Translations under genes and position numbers: made by a program
Source of the DNA: Narcine bancroftii
Taxonomy: Eukaryota
Length of the DNA: 64,000 nucleotides
Direction: 5' to 3'
Assembly: GCF_036971445.1 (NCBI RefSeq)
Contig: NC_091478.1
Coordinates: 95,418,001-95,482,000, forward strand
The notes under the pieces: generated by a model
Database searches by the model: none
What the model was told of the DNA's origin: nothing
The model's input: the letters and a program-made list of their open reading frames with translations, nothing else
Shown here: positions 43,140 to 56,811 of the stretch, one piece after another
How positions within the stretch are numbered: position 1 is the first letter of the stretch
How the letters are laid out: each line of letters begins with the position of its first letter

Positions 43140-44700
43140 GTCTCACCTCTCTATACCCCCAGTCCTGACGCAGAGACATAACTGGAGACATCGACAATTC
43201 CTTTTCCCCACTGATGCTGCTCGACCAACTGAGTTCTCCAGCAGATTCCAGCATCTGCAGTCTCTTATGTATCTTATCCTATCCCCTTTCTCCACAAATG
43301 CTGCCCGATCTGCCAGGTGCCTCTAGCATAATCAACATCTGCAGTCGTTCTGATTTTTGGACAACAGCAGCGGCATTAAGTGGCCCAGAGCAAGCTGCTT
43401 CTCTGCAAACGTGCCAGCAGGGGGAGGCATCCATCAGCCCCACTCTCCAAGGTGCATGGTTGTGGGACAACCTCATGCACGAGGTGCCCTGTGTCAGGGT
43501 ACTGACAGGGCTAGGTCCCCTGTCCTGTTCTCTGTCAAACCTATCCATTTGCAGCGTGTACAGAATCAGGCCATCTACTGCATTGAAACATGACATTGCT
43601 CAAAGTACCACTGTTTGCGAGACGTTTGACCACATCTGGTCGAGTATTGTTGAAATGGAAATCTGTATGTTGGATAAAATATTTAATTTTGAAAAAGAAA
43701 ACTGCATTGAGCAGCATAAGTTATCGGAGAATCTAAATGTGTGTGAGAATGAATATGAGTGATGTGTGCCTGCATATCTATTTTTATGTGGGTAAGTGTG
43801 AGTTACTGTATACGTGTTTATGCATGAATATGTGTCGGTACATAGGGGTGTGTGTGTGTGGGAGAGAGACTGTGGTGACAGACTGTTGTAAACTCACAAA
43901 ATCCTTGTTGAGTTGCTTCCTGAGAAATGTCCTTTCAGACAAATGATAGTCAAAGCTCCCCTTTTCCTTTTCTAGGGGAAATAAAGCGAGTGGCTTTCAC
44001 AAAGCTTCCAGAACCCTTTTGTGGTTCAGGCGAAATGATCCTGACAATGGTCACAATCCAAATGCACTATTTCTCTGCTTCCAGAAGCCTTTCGTGGGTC
44101 AGCCATTCAAAGTGACCTTCCCTTTTGGTCACGGTGTGGTACATTAATTCCCCTTCAAAAGTGACTGTTCCTTTGGCCACAGTGGGGTATACGTTCTCCT
44201 GACAGAAAGAAATCAGACAAATTGTCTCTTACCTCATGAGGCCACATCAGCACCGTATCCCTTCAAAGAGATGTTTCTCCAAGTGCTGCTTCCTTAAAAT
44301 GGCCCCAGATCAAACCGAGTACTGTTTCTTTAACATGTTGGTTACGTGGTCTCTGCATCTGTGTTCCAGGATCTTCCTCTCTTCTGAAGTAGTGATCCCA
44401 ATGCTGTCCCCAGCCTGTCAGGCCACAGACAATCTCCAAAGTTTGCAGGGCTTGATTTGTTCTCTTAAAGTGACAGTCCCACTCAAATGAAAATGAACTG
44501 GGAGCACTTATTAGTGTTTACAATGTGTGAATGTGTGTGGCTACATGTGTTTGTGTGTGTGACTATTTGTACATATGTTTGTGTGTGTGTGTGTGTGTAT
44601 ACAGGAAATGCCCGACATGGAGGAGAGTGCAGAGGCATGTTACCAGGAGTTAAAGGATGGTTCAGGTTGGGGTTTTAGTTGGAAGTGAAGTGTAACATTA

Positions 44701-46468
44701 TGAATGATGGCAATGAGTTTATTGTTATACACAGTGTACAAAGTCCACGTGCACCAAGGTTCTTAACTGCTGCAGCCGAACAGGCACTTTTGGTTAAAAA
44801 TTCTCTAATAGTATACATTAAATCACCCCAGTATACACAGAGATAATAAATATAAAAAAATAAACAGAGAATAAATATTCACATTTATAGTTTGTGCAAG
44901 AAGTTAAGAGGCATTGTAATAGTGTAGCAAGGCCTTTTGTGTTGCTGTAGGAGTTTATAGTGAGGGCAGTAAGAGGAGGCTACTACAAACAGTAAATCAG
45001 TTACCCTGAGGAGAGGATTGAAACACTCAGTCTGATCTGTACTGGCCAGGTCCTCTTCCATTCATTGATCTGTACAATATTTATCCAGCAGCATTTTAAA
45101 TATCTCTAATGAACCAGTTGCCACTACACACTGGGCTAGAGAATTCCCTCTGCAAGAAGAAATGTCCATGGATATTTGTAATTAACTGCCCCCCCCATCA
45201 TCTAGTTATGTCCCAAAGCAAAGTTATATATCGCTGCAACATGACCTTCTCGCTCTTATACTCAGTACCCCGGTCAATAAAACCAACCATACCACACACC
45301 AACTTTACCACCTGATCTACATGCGTGGCCACTTTCAATGAACTACGAACCTGGACCCCCAAGATCGCAATGCTTTAAGAGCCCTCTATACGCTCCCCTT
45401 ACATTTGACCTCTGAAAGTGCAACACCTCACAGTTGCCCGGATTAAACCCCATCTGCTGTGTTCTTTGTTAGCCTGCTACACCGTCCACAACTCCACCAA
45501 TATTCATGTCATCTGCCACTTATGAACCGACCAACCTGCACTTTCATCTGTCATTCATGTATATCACAAAAAAAACCTGATACAAACAGAAAATGGTGGA
45601 AGAACTCAGCCAGTCAGGCAGCCTCAGTGGAAGAAGAAACCAATCACCGTTTCAAGTTGAAGACCCTTCATCAGGATCCTGAATGGAAATGTTCACTGGT
45701 TTCTCCTTCTACACAGAGACTGTCGGCAGGCTGAATTCTTTCAGCATTAAGTAATAGAAGGGTATGAGATTATGAGGGACTTATATAGGGTGGACAGCCA
45801 GCGCCTTTTTCCCCGGGCAATACCAGAGAACATTAGCTTAAAGTGAGGGGAGGAAAGTTTAGGGAGATGTCAGAGGTAGAATTTTTACAGAGTAGTGGGT
45901 GCCTGGAATGCATTGCTGGGGATGGTGGTGGAGGCTGGTAGAATACAATAGACACATGGATATAACAAAAATAGAGGGCAATAGGTGTGAGGGAAGGAAA
46001 GATTAGATTAATGGTGGAGTAGATTTACGTAGGTCAGCACAACATCGTGGGCAGAAGGGCCTGTAGGGTGCTGTAATGTTCTATGTTCTGTGGACAAAGG
46101 CTTGCTTTGATCCCATATCCTGGAAGCAACCTCTCCAGCGGGCTGGGGCGTTGGGTTGGGAATGCTCAGTACTGCCTACACGGGTTTAATCCCACTTCCC
46201 TCTGATGAGAGGCCACGGAGTCAGGATCTGATTGCAAATGGGAGAAAGAAAGGTAGGCCAGCTGATCCCCATCACATTTTAACAGGCGTCAGAATGAGCA
46301 TTTAGTGCAGTAAACGATAGGAGAATGAAGACCACAGTAAATTGGGCATGTGAGACCGCAGAAAGCACGGAGAGATCTGTCCGGAGAGATAGGCTGCAGC
46401 AGGTAAGAACCTTGGTGCACGTGGACTTTGTATACTGTGTATAACAATAAACTCATGGCCATCATTCA
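44701..46468. repeat. 77-bp inverted repeat pair (44701-44777 and 46392-46468)
   Basis: Arms match at 74/77 positions when one is reverse-complemented. Confidence 0.9.
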
Positions 46469-46605
46469 GTTCATTGTCATGTGTTTAAGTTGTACCTTGT
46501 ACAGTGAGAAGGGTTCTTTTGTGAGCAATCTAACAAGTTATTTCTAATATTCATACAGCTGTGTAAAAAGCACAATTTACATGCATGTTGTCCCTGAGGT
46601 GATCG

Positions 46606-47247
46606 CAGTGCCGGATCAACTACCACCCGGGCCCTAGGTTGAGCCCCCCCCCCCCCCCCGCCCCGCGTCCCCCCATCTTTCGTTGGATAGAATAAAGTGA
46701 AATTGTTCCATTTGTTAGCTTTTGCGTGCTATGCCCTCACCTATTCTAAATTTATCTGCCGGGTATAGGCTGGGAATACACCACTTGGTGTTTGGTTGGA
46801 GGAAGGGAGGAAAACTTCATTAAAATCAAACTAAACTTACAGGAGCCCCGAATAATTTGATAGTTACAAAAGGATAAATAAAATCAGCTCTCGGTACAAA
46901 ATAACACAGGAGAATGGAGAGTCTTTTTTTAAAATAAGTCAACCTCCTGTGAGTGACGCTGCTTGAGCCAAGCTCTGCTGCAGGAGGCAGATCTCAGAGT
47001 CGAGCGCGTACAAATACAAGTGTGGACAGGTAGCATTAGGACCGGCGGAGTCCGAATTGATCGATGGGACTGAGACCCCGCTGCTGATTGACAGATGAAG
47101 GCGGTACTTCCGCGAGCCTTGATTGACGGGTGGATCCAGGACTAACGCGAGCCCATATTGACAAGGGATTACATTAGTCTACCGGGGGTTGTGACGGGTC
47201 CCCCTACCTTCCAAGTCCCTAATTAGCCCAATGGTTAATCTGCAGTG
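46606..47247. mobile_element. Possible non-autonomous hAT-like element with CpG-rich interior
   Basis: cagtgccggatcaac ... ggttaatctgcagtg are imperfect TIRs; subterminal gggccc motif. Confidence 0.4.
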
Positions 47248-48284
47248 GAGTGCAGGCAGTCACCCACTTCTTTGCAGAGTGCAGATTTGCTCATAATGTG
47301 TGGAGAAGGAGACAAGAGTCTTTGTCACGGTTCATCCCCAGCAGCGTGACAGAGGACTCTGATTTACGATCTGTTCCCGGAGATGCATTCAGGGCACATC
47401 AAATCAATCAAATTCATATTTATTGCCAGAGTACATTACATCAGTTACAACCCTGCAGGCCAGGCAGAATTTTTAATTACAGGTAACTGTAAACTATACT
47501 CAAAGAAAGAAAGACAATTAAACAAACTGATTGTGCAAATATGGAATATAAATATTCAGTAATAAATAATGAGCAAAGTACAAGACCTTAATTGAGTCTC
47601 TGAATGAATCTGTTGTTCAGGAGTCTGATGGTGGAGGTCGAGCAACTGTTCCTGAACCTGGAGGCACATGTCCTATGGCACCTCTACCTCTTTCCTGATG
47701 GCAGCAGCAAGAACAAAGATCCTTGTAGATGCTCTCCAATAGAAACCTTCTATCTAGATGTTCTTGATGGAGGGGAGAGATTTGCCTGTGTTGTACTAGG
47801 CTAAGTCAACTACGTTTTTCAGGGGTTTTCACTCAGAGGTATCGGTGCCCCCATGGTAGGCCATGACAGAGTGTATAGGATTGGAATGAAAAGGAATATA
47901 AATATAACCCCAAGGGCATGGGGTTCATTCAGGAGCCTGATGGCTGCAGAGAAGAAAATGTCTTTAAGCCTGTTGGTTTGTATTTTTACACTCATGATGG
48001 GAGGAGGGAAAAGAGTGCATGTCCAGGGTGTGATGGGTCCTTCAGTGTGTCAGATGCCTCTCGCAGGTAGTGGGAGATGTCAATGGAGTCCACAGAGAGG
48101 AGGGAGGTTTGTATGATGTTCTGAGCTGCATGCGCCATCTTCTGCAACTTTGTCAGATCTTGAGCAGAGCAGCTCCCATCCCTCGCTGTGATGCAACCTG
48201 CAGGTATGCTCTCGATGGTATATCTGTAGATGTCGTTGAGGTGAAGCACTTACATCCATCTCTGTGTGGCTGGGGACAATTCAA

Positions 48285-49092
48285 GTGCTATCTACCAATT
48301 TGCTAATGACACGGTTGTCAGCAGAATCACAGAAGGCAATGAGGGAGATAGATCAGCTCGTTGAGTGGTGTCACAATAACAACCTTGTACTCAACGTTAA
48401 CTAAAACAAGCAGATGATTGTGAACTTATGGAAGAAATCAGGAGAACATGAACCAGTTTTCGTTGAGGAGTCAGTAGTGGAGAGGGTCAAGAACTTCAAA
48501 TTCCTGGGTGTCAGCATCTCCAACGATCTGTCCTGGAGTCTCCATGTTGAAGCACTCACGAAGAACACTCGCCAGTGGCTAGACTTTGTGAGGAGTTTGA
48601 GGAGATTCGGTACATCACAGAAGACACTTGAAAACTTCTACAGGTGTACCGTGCAGAACATTTTACTGGTTGTAACACTGCTGGTTCACCTCATGCTCAG
48701 GACAAGAAAAAACTCCAGAGGGTTGTTAATTCAGCCTCCGACATCACAGGCATCAGGTTTCACTGCATTGAGGAGATCTCCAAGCAGTGATGTCTTTAGA
48801 AAGCAGCCTCTATCCTCAAGGACCCTCACCATATAGACCATACCCTCTTCTCTCTGCTACCACTGGGAAAAAGGTACAGGAGCCCAAAGACGAACACTCA
48901 GCGGCACAAAGGCAGCGTCTTCCCCTGCTACCATCAGGTTCCTGAATAAATTACGAACCACAGAGATGGTCTTATTTGACCTTTTCTTTTTCTTGCACTA
49001 TTTTTATTTATTTTGCAAGGTAGTTTATATAATGTTTGGACTATGATGCTGCAGCAAAACAATGAATTTCTTGACAATAAATTCTGATTCTG
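48285..49092 (+). mobile_element. Degenerate Rex1/L2-like LINE 3' part
   Basis: FANDTVV..., WCHNNNLVLNV, VERVKNFKFLGVSISNDLSWS, LRRFG..LENFYRC; ends in aataaattctgattctg tail. Confidence 0.78.
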
Positions 49093-49739
49093 TTCAGGAT
49101 GCTCCTTATCGACCACAGTTCGGAATCAACTAAAAATTGATCAGCAAACTCCAAGCCCTGGAGCTCAACACCTCACTGTGTAAATGAATCCTGGATTTCC
49201 TCGCCCCCAGACCCAAAGAGCATGGATTGGCAAGAGCAACTCTTCCGCGATACATGAATACTTGTCCTGCATTGTTTGTTTGATTGTGTGTCTGCGTGTT
49301 ATTTTTTTCAATCCTCTTATCAGGGCCAGATGTCTTCAGCTCGACCTCAGACTCCAGCTGTGGGAGAGGCTTGTGGTTGCCACATTGGCCTCATCAACCA
49401 CTTCAAAACCCACAGAACTGAGTGCAATCAAGTCATCCTCGACTGGCCGGCCACCAACACACTGCACTGCTCGTGTCCTGCTGCTGGAGCCGGCGATGGA
49501 CGGAACTCTCCCTTTGAACGAACCAGAGGTGCCTGTCCCTTTAACTGCAGACTGGGGATCGAACGACAATCTCCAGAATGCACCGCGCCACATACGCTTG
49601 GAAATACACCAAAATATTCATTGAGAAGTAAAGAAATTGCACGAAATATTATATTAATTACAATAAAAAATAGGAATCAAACGTTAAAACGTGAGTCCAT
49701 TCGATATTTATCGCGTTTAAAACATTTTCATTTAGGAAA

Positions 49740-50165
49740 GAAAAATTGCCTGGCATTTAGTTCAAACGTCACTTCCTGATGAAACCGGACGGGCCCATTT
49801 GTTGTTGCTGAGAGGGGGGTGGTTAGTTTACAGGAGGCGCGGAAAATGCAATATTTCCAGATTTGCAGGCCTGTTGTATTCATAGTAATATTAATTAAGC
49901 AACAAATTAGATTTTAAATGAGAGTGTTGAATTATTGCATGGCGCTTAATTGGTTGGTAGCAGGTGAGGCTGAATTTCACCCCCCCTGCACCAAGTTTGG
50001 GCTTGCAACGGCCGGCATCCAGTTCAGGGCGCGCACCCGGTGGCTGCGGCGCGCGCGCACGGGAGCGACAGCGACAGGCGCGCGAGAGAGGCACCTCCCC
50101 CTCGGAGCCTTCCCGATCCGTCAGCAGTGGAAGTCGGCCCGGGGCCGCAGACCGCCGGAGCCCAG
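49740..50165 (+). promoter_or_regulatory. CpG-island promoter and probable non-coding first exon of an unidentified plus-strand gene
   Basis: CpG-dense 50000-50190; composite CRE/ETS acgtcacttcctg (49766-49778); reverse CCAAT (attgg near 49949); NRF1-like gcgcgcgcac; donor CAG|gtaggg at 50165/50166; intron-like sequence downstream. Confidence 0.65.
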
Positions 50166-50261
50166 GTAGGGAACGGGGGCCGATGCCGGTGCCCAACAGA
50201 TTGAGGGGGGGGAGGGGAATGGTACATATACAGAGCGGGGGGGGGGGGGGTGTTGCAGTGT

Positions 50262-50690
50262 CCGTGGGTGAGGGGGGGGTGGATGCAAGGGTGCCCGTGG
50301 GTGAGGGGGATGCAAGGGTGCCCGTGGGTGAGGGGGGATGCAAGGGTGCCCGTGGGTGAGGGGGGATGCAAGGGTGCCCGTGGGTGAGGGGGGATGCAAG
50401 GGTGCCCGTGGGTGAGGGGGGATGCAAGGGTGCCCGTGGGTGAGGGGGGATGCAAGGGTGCCCGTGGGTGAGGGGGGATGCAAGGGTGCCCGTGGGTGAG
50501 GGGGGATGCAAGGGTGCCCGTGGGTGAGGGGGGATGCAAGGGTGCCCGTGGGTGAGGGGGGATGCAAGGGTGCCCGTGGGTGAGGGGGGATGCAAGGGTG
50601 CCCGTGGGTGAGGGGGGATGCAAGGGTGCCCGTGGGTGAGGGGGGATGCAAGGGTGCCCGTGGGTGAGGGGGGATGTAAGGGTGCCCATG
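50262..50690. repeat. 28-bp G-rich minisatellite, about 15 near-identical copies
   Basis: Unit gggtgcccgtgggtgaggggggatgcaa. Confidence 0.95.
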
Positions 50691-52934
50691 GGCGCCCATA
50701 TGAGGTGGAGGGGTGGTTGTACTTGCTTGTGTGCCGATGATTTGTGAGGAGGCATTTCAGATGCCCCAAAACAGGGAGGGTTGGGGGAGGTTGGGTATGA
50801 AGATATCTGGACTGGGTGAGAGGTGCATCGCTTTGTATTTTGGTGAGAGGTGTATGGGACTGGTTTGTGAGATCTATTGAGATGGGTGGAATGTTTGTGC
50901 CTCAGTGGTGCTGCATGTTCAACCCAATGGGTATGGGCTTGGGATTGGAGTGGGAAGTATGGTCAGAGGTAGGGGAAAGTGGAGAGTCTGTGTGCTCTGG
51001 ATTAGGTAGAGAGCGATGTGATGGTAAGGATTGGGCAGATTGATGGTGGATAGGGAGGAGTGGGATCTGAGGTGGACTTTGAGGTGAGCTGTGTCACTGG
51101 ACTGGTCTGGGGAAGTAGAATGTCCTTGCTGCAGGAGTTCTGAGGAATCTGTCCTCCCCACTCTCTGCTCTGGTGGCTTGGTGTTGGAACTGGACCTTTG
51201 GTTCTTCCACAGCTCAATTGTGGGAGCAGGTGTTAGGAATGCTGAAATCTGAAATATAATTGTGCTGTGATATAATTGATGTGTTGTTTAGGTGGTGTCA
51301 CTCATTAACAGACCCGAGGACTGGTGGTAACAGAATGAAACAATTGAAAGTGTGTTGGAGTTGATGTTTCTTGACACATTGGGTGAGGAAGGGATTTCTG
51401 TTCCTTTGGTAACTGAATAATTCCTACTGGAGGAAAAAGACATGTGTTTGAGGGTTTTTTTTTAAACCTTTTGGCTTGAATCAAATAAATGTTTACATTT
51501 TATGACGGAGATTTGGTTTTCTTTAAACTTTGCTTATTGATCTGTAATCTGAATCTGATTTCAAATTACCCATTTTACAAAAAAAATTCAGACCATTCTC
51601 ATTTTTCCATTCTGTCCAAGGTTAGATTGCTGCTGTTTGCTGAGATCGTTTTAATCTTCTGTATTACAGTACTTGGCATTTGAAGTATTAATGTGGAACA
51701 GTTCTATGAAATAATATTGATTGTGAGGTTTTTCTTTGAATTTTGAGTCTTCCCCTGGGTATGATTTTGCTGCTTTGCTGTGGAATGTTCCTGTGGTTTG
51801 TAGTGGCTTGTGAGCATTCTTGGGGTGTGATCTCATGAAGTGTAGATTTCCGATGCTTTGTGAATGGTCAAGTTTAGAGATGAATTGAAAACTCAACCCA
51901 ACTCCAAGCAGATTTTAAGATTCTAATTTGATTTCCTTGGTTTAGAAGATCGAGTAGGGAAATGGCCAATTGTTTTGGTACAGAGTTTTGAACAAGGAGA
52001 TGGATCATTGTTCAAAATTCTTGCAGGCTTTGACAAGATAGATATGAGGAAGATGTTTTCCTTGGCTGAGAAATCTTGAATGAGTGGTCAATTTTAAAAT
52101 GTAGTGTTGGCATTTGGGATTGAAAAAAAGACATTTTGGAATTCTCTACTTTTGGGGGAAGTGTATGGGACTGGTTTATTGTCCTAAACACAAGTATAAT
52201 ATACATGAAGTCTACTTGCTCCAGCTTTCTGGGTGAATAAAAATGCAGAAGAGAGAAAAAAATATATAAAAGGAAGAGGGTTAAAAAAAAATCAGTGTTC
52301 ACCATTGGTTCATTCATTTCAATAGATTTCTGGATATCGGTGGAATTGTGGGAAAAGGGGCTAGGTCTGAAAAAATAGTGTTGATGTAGAAAATCAACTG
52401 TGGTCTTGTTGAATAACAGAACAGACTCAAGGGGCTGAATGTCCTGATTCTGTTCCCAATGTCTGAGCTTTGATATTCAGGAGTGAAATCAGGAATTATT
52501 TCTTCCTTCTGTAACTCCACACAACCTGAAGTCTCTTCACATTAGGGTAATTGAAATCTGGAACTCTTTCCCCAAAAGTCTGAAGCCGCTGGGATTATTT
52601 ATTTATTTATTACAGCTTTCAAAGCAGAGAAAGGTGCTATCAAGAGCAGTGTGATTCAGTCCAGTCTGATGTCCCTCATACTAATTTTTTTGGGAATTGT
52701 GTATTACTTAGACTGCAGCACATTTGTCTCAAAGCAGATACATTCCAAGAGGCAATACGTGTTAAAGTCAGGGGCACGTGAGGGTCTACATACTTGATTT
52801 AAATTTTTGCAACATGACAGTTCGCTGCTGGATATCATTTTGTTGGTCAGAGGATAGCAGTTTCCATTAATTGCTGGACAATTAATGACCAACATCCATG
52901 GGATCTCAGGCAAACACCTGTTCCAGTGTTATGG

Positions 52935-53590
52935 AGATCTACAGCACACAAACAGACCCTTTGGCCAACCTTGACGATCTGTCCCACATCACGCTAATCC
53001 TTTCCTATCCCTGTACCGATCCAAATGTCTCGTAAACGTTCTAATTCTCCCTGCCTTACCACTTCCTCTTGCAGCTCCTTCCAGAAACCCACCACCCTGT
53101 TTAAAGAAAGTGACCATTAAATCTTTCCCTCTCACCTTCAATCTGTGTCCTTTATATTTTCCTACCATAAGACTGTTTACCTTGTCTATGTCCCTCATGA
53201 TTTTATAAACGTCCATAACCTTCTCCCTTAGCATATTGCATTCCAGGGAGAGAAGTCCCAGCCTATCTAGCCTTTTCTAATTCAAGCCTACCAGTCCTGG
53301 TTATGTCCTGTGAATCTTTTCTTCACCCTTTCCAGCTTAATGATATCTTTTCTAAAGCTGGGTAACCTGAGCTATGCACAGTATTTCAATTGTGGCCTCT
53401 CCTACGCCTTGTGCAATTGCATTGTTTAGTCCATGCTCCTGGACTAAATGCCCTGAATGATGAAGGCAAGCATCCCAAACCCCAGAATCGTCACTTTCAC
53501 GGAACTGTGCACCTGAACTTTAGAGTCTCTTTTGTTCTACAGCACTCTTTGGGATCCTACCTTTCACTGTGCGTGTTCCCTGTCTTGTTT
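52935..53590 (-). mobile_element. Degenerate CR1 3' fragment
   Basis: MDVYKIMRDIDKVN...GHRLKVRG...FTRHLDRY. Confidence 0.7.
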
Positions 53591-56500
53591 TAACTTGGAT
53601 GTGTTGGGTAGTGATGCCATGGTTTCTGTATCCAGGTAGTTTGGGTCATCTTTGTCTTGACTGTCTCAGTTGTACTTTTGGTGAAGAAGCATTTTTTTTG
53701 TGTTGGGGGGGGGGGGGTGCGGTAGGGTGGTGTTGGTTTAGTCGGTGCAGGAAAAAGAAAGATGAGAACTTGACATCATTATGATGTCTGTGTTCTGATA
53801 AATTCTGATTCACCATTAAACATGTTGCTAGTCTTTGGCTTCCAGAATGGCAGTGCATTGCCCTTGGCACATCTTCAGAGTTTAAATTCTCTCATACTTT
53901 TCTACCTCCTTCTTTGAATTGCTCTGTAGACACTAACCTTGTGTGAGCGTTAAAGGCATGTACTGAGACAACTTGTGTTTTAGTGTGGAAAGGAGCCAGT
54001 GCTAGGGGGTGCTGTCCTTTATATAGAGAGAGTAGGGGGCAGTTTAATGTGTTGAATGATTTAGCAGTTCCTTTGCCATTCAATGGAAAGTTTTGCAAAT
54101 AAATTCCAATCCTCAAAAAATACCTTTGAAGTACTGTATTGTTGCAGAGGATGCTGTCTTTAGTCCAGCATGTCCCGCAGGAGACTTGCAAAAAAGACAC
54201 GTGCTTGAACTAGACTTCAATTTTGCTGCTTAAAATGTGACGTTGGCAGCGTTACTAAATGCATTTAAATTGAGGACAGATTGCTGTAGGAAAAATATTA
54301 GTGGAGCCAGTCCTCTTAACAGCAGCCTCTTGTATGGTTATTCAATTTTGATGAGGAGCCACCTGTGGCTCAGCTGGTAGAGTTCCTTCCTTTCATGCAA
54401 GATTATTGGTTTAGGTCCTGTTGCAGAAACAGAGGTGCAAAAGCCTTGCTGATGCTCCAGCCAGTACAGAAGCAGTGCCACGGTCTCAGATGAGCAGTTG
54501 ACATTTTTCAGGTTGATGGACTGAACTCTCACCTGGATGCTGCCTGACTTACTGAGTATTTCTAGCATTGTCTGTTTCAGCTTTCCGGTATTTCTTTTTA
54601 CTTTGGGGCTTTTTCAGAGAGCTGTCATTGGACTTGGATGGTTTCTGTGCTGAATAACTATGCAGCCAATGTTTCAAAGGAGACTATTTATTATGCTGAA
54701 TATACTTCTGTATTGGTATGGGTTTTAGAGACTTCTATTGATTATTACTCCCATGAAGGGTAAATGCCACCTCTTGTTTCATAACAGCTTAATTTTCATC
54801 CCTCTGCCTCAGTTTACAAAGTATATGTACCATATTAACCCAACATAATTTTGAAGATCTGGTTACGGATACTTTTAAGCTCCTCTGTCCTGATTTCCTT
54901 TTAAATTTGGATAATTTGGAACTTACTTAATGTATTCTCTTTGTTCTTTATACTAAGCCTTTCCCTATCTTCACCTCCCGCTGCCTCGGCACCAGGATTC
55001 ATCCCACCCCAGTCACGTACATCATCCTGTCCTTTGAGACAGAAGATGCACACATTTGAAATTGCCCATCTCCAGATTTAGGACAGTTTATTTCCTTATC
55101 ATTCTCTTGAATGGACCTCCCATTAATAGAAGATGATGCCTTGCATCATCTTAAATGTACTTTTCCCTTTAATTCTATGCACTCTTGGCCTATGTAGCCC
55201 TATACCCTGCACCTTTGTTTCATTGCAGCACGATTTGTATTCTTGCCCTTGCACAATACAGAGATTGACTTGCCTGGATAACATGTAAAACAAAGATTTT
55301 CATGGTATGAACTATTCAAGCAAGCCTATCATCTCGCTCTTAAAGCATTGAGTTTTGTCTGTCATGTGTCATCAGTGAAGTTTATTAAAGACTTCCTTTT
55401 TGAATTACTTTCTGAAGTCTACCATTTGCTCTTACTGCCCATCTCGTTGGGGAAGGTGTTGATTACTGCTTTGAAACAGTACCTGTTGTCTCTGCTTACC
55501 TAGCCTGAGCAGGACCAGGGTCGACCTCTTGGTCTCCCACCAACTGAGATTGTGGAAAAACAAACGGAGGTAGATGCATGTATCCTGCATCTGTCATTAA
55601 GTAGCAGTCGCAGCTCTGCAGGCACATCTGGGACTTGCACGTGATAAATTGTTGCTGGCAGATCTCTTGGGGGTTGGGGGGGGGGGGCATCATATCAAAA
55701 GCAGAGTGATTGCTGAAAACTAGGAAGCTTGGCGTACAGGATTACAGTCTCAGCTGGCAAAGGGCAAATGCTCATTGTTGTTTTCCATAGATTGGCAAAC
55801 TTCGTGTCCATCCTGCCACACACAAAACTGCTGGAGAAACTCAGCAGGTCAAGCAGCATCAATTGATGTGCCTTTTACTTCCTTTTGTGTTTTAGTAGTG
55901 CAGGCAGATCTTTTGGTTGTCTTGGAGTAGTTTATGGTGATGGGGAGGTTCAAATGCTTGATGGGTGTTGTATTAAAGCTCGAGCTGCTGGAATTAAGGC
56001 TTCTGCGCATTTTGCCTGAAGGTATCAGTGAGAAGAGATTGTGATCGGGGGGGGGGGGGGGGGGGGCCTTCGTGAGGCAGCCCTCACATTGATGTCTTCA
56101 ATGGAGAGGAGGTTGGAGCTTGTGATGGACTTGGCCAGATTTGTCACTTTCTTTAGCCTGCTTCATTCCTGGGTCTGTGTTTGAAAATCCTCTGATTTCC
56201 TTCAGTTCTGTCCCTTTTGTAGATCCCTGATTTTTCAAAGCTCTAATGGTTGCAGTTCTCTTCTCTCTTTCCACATTATTTTCTTATTTTTACTCCTAAA
56301 AATCTATGACCAAATGGTTGGTCACTGTTTTTATAGTGTTGTTTGCTGATGCGACTTTCTGCCAACTCTTTTGTGAAACGTCTTGAGATGCAAAAAAAGC
56401 AGTGTTGGAGGAACTCAGCATGGCAGTTCACATCCATTGCAGATAATGTCCTTCAGTAATTTAAGGGATGTGGATATAAGCTGTGTCCAGTTAAATCCTT

Positions 56501-56811
56501 TTCCTTGTAATGTCAGCCAGCTCTGAAAGTCAACAATCCAGCAGTGCAACATTCCTTCATTACTGAACTGAAGCATCATCTAGATCAGGATTTTGATTGA
56601 ACTGCAAATCTAATTTCCGATTTTATAAAGTGATTTAAAAGGGCAAATTTGGTAACACTGCTTTTGTCTGACTTGAGGACAATGAATAGAGTATTCTGCA
56701 AACAAAAATATACCGTTCTATTGCAGAAGGTCAGCCAGAGATTTTCTTGATTATACGACAGTTAATTGGATTGTTTGGTTCCAATAGCCATCAGAGACTG
56801 ATGAAGAAGAT

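Noticed and set aside
42875-43326. ORFs with 21-aa repeats
   Set aside because: Translation of the 63-bp minisatellite; open on both strands with no splice or start context.
43279-44490. Possible minus-strand exons (donor-like site near 44232; ORF 43279-43596)
   Set aside because: No recognisable protein similarity and no frame stays open to the donor; a lncRNA cannot be excluded but is unsupported.
49891-50769. Long Pro/His-rich ORFs (292, 243 and 192 aa)
   Set aside because: All three minus frames are open only because the 28-bp unit lacks stop codons.
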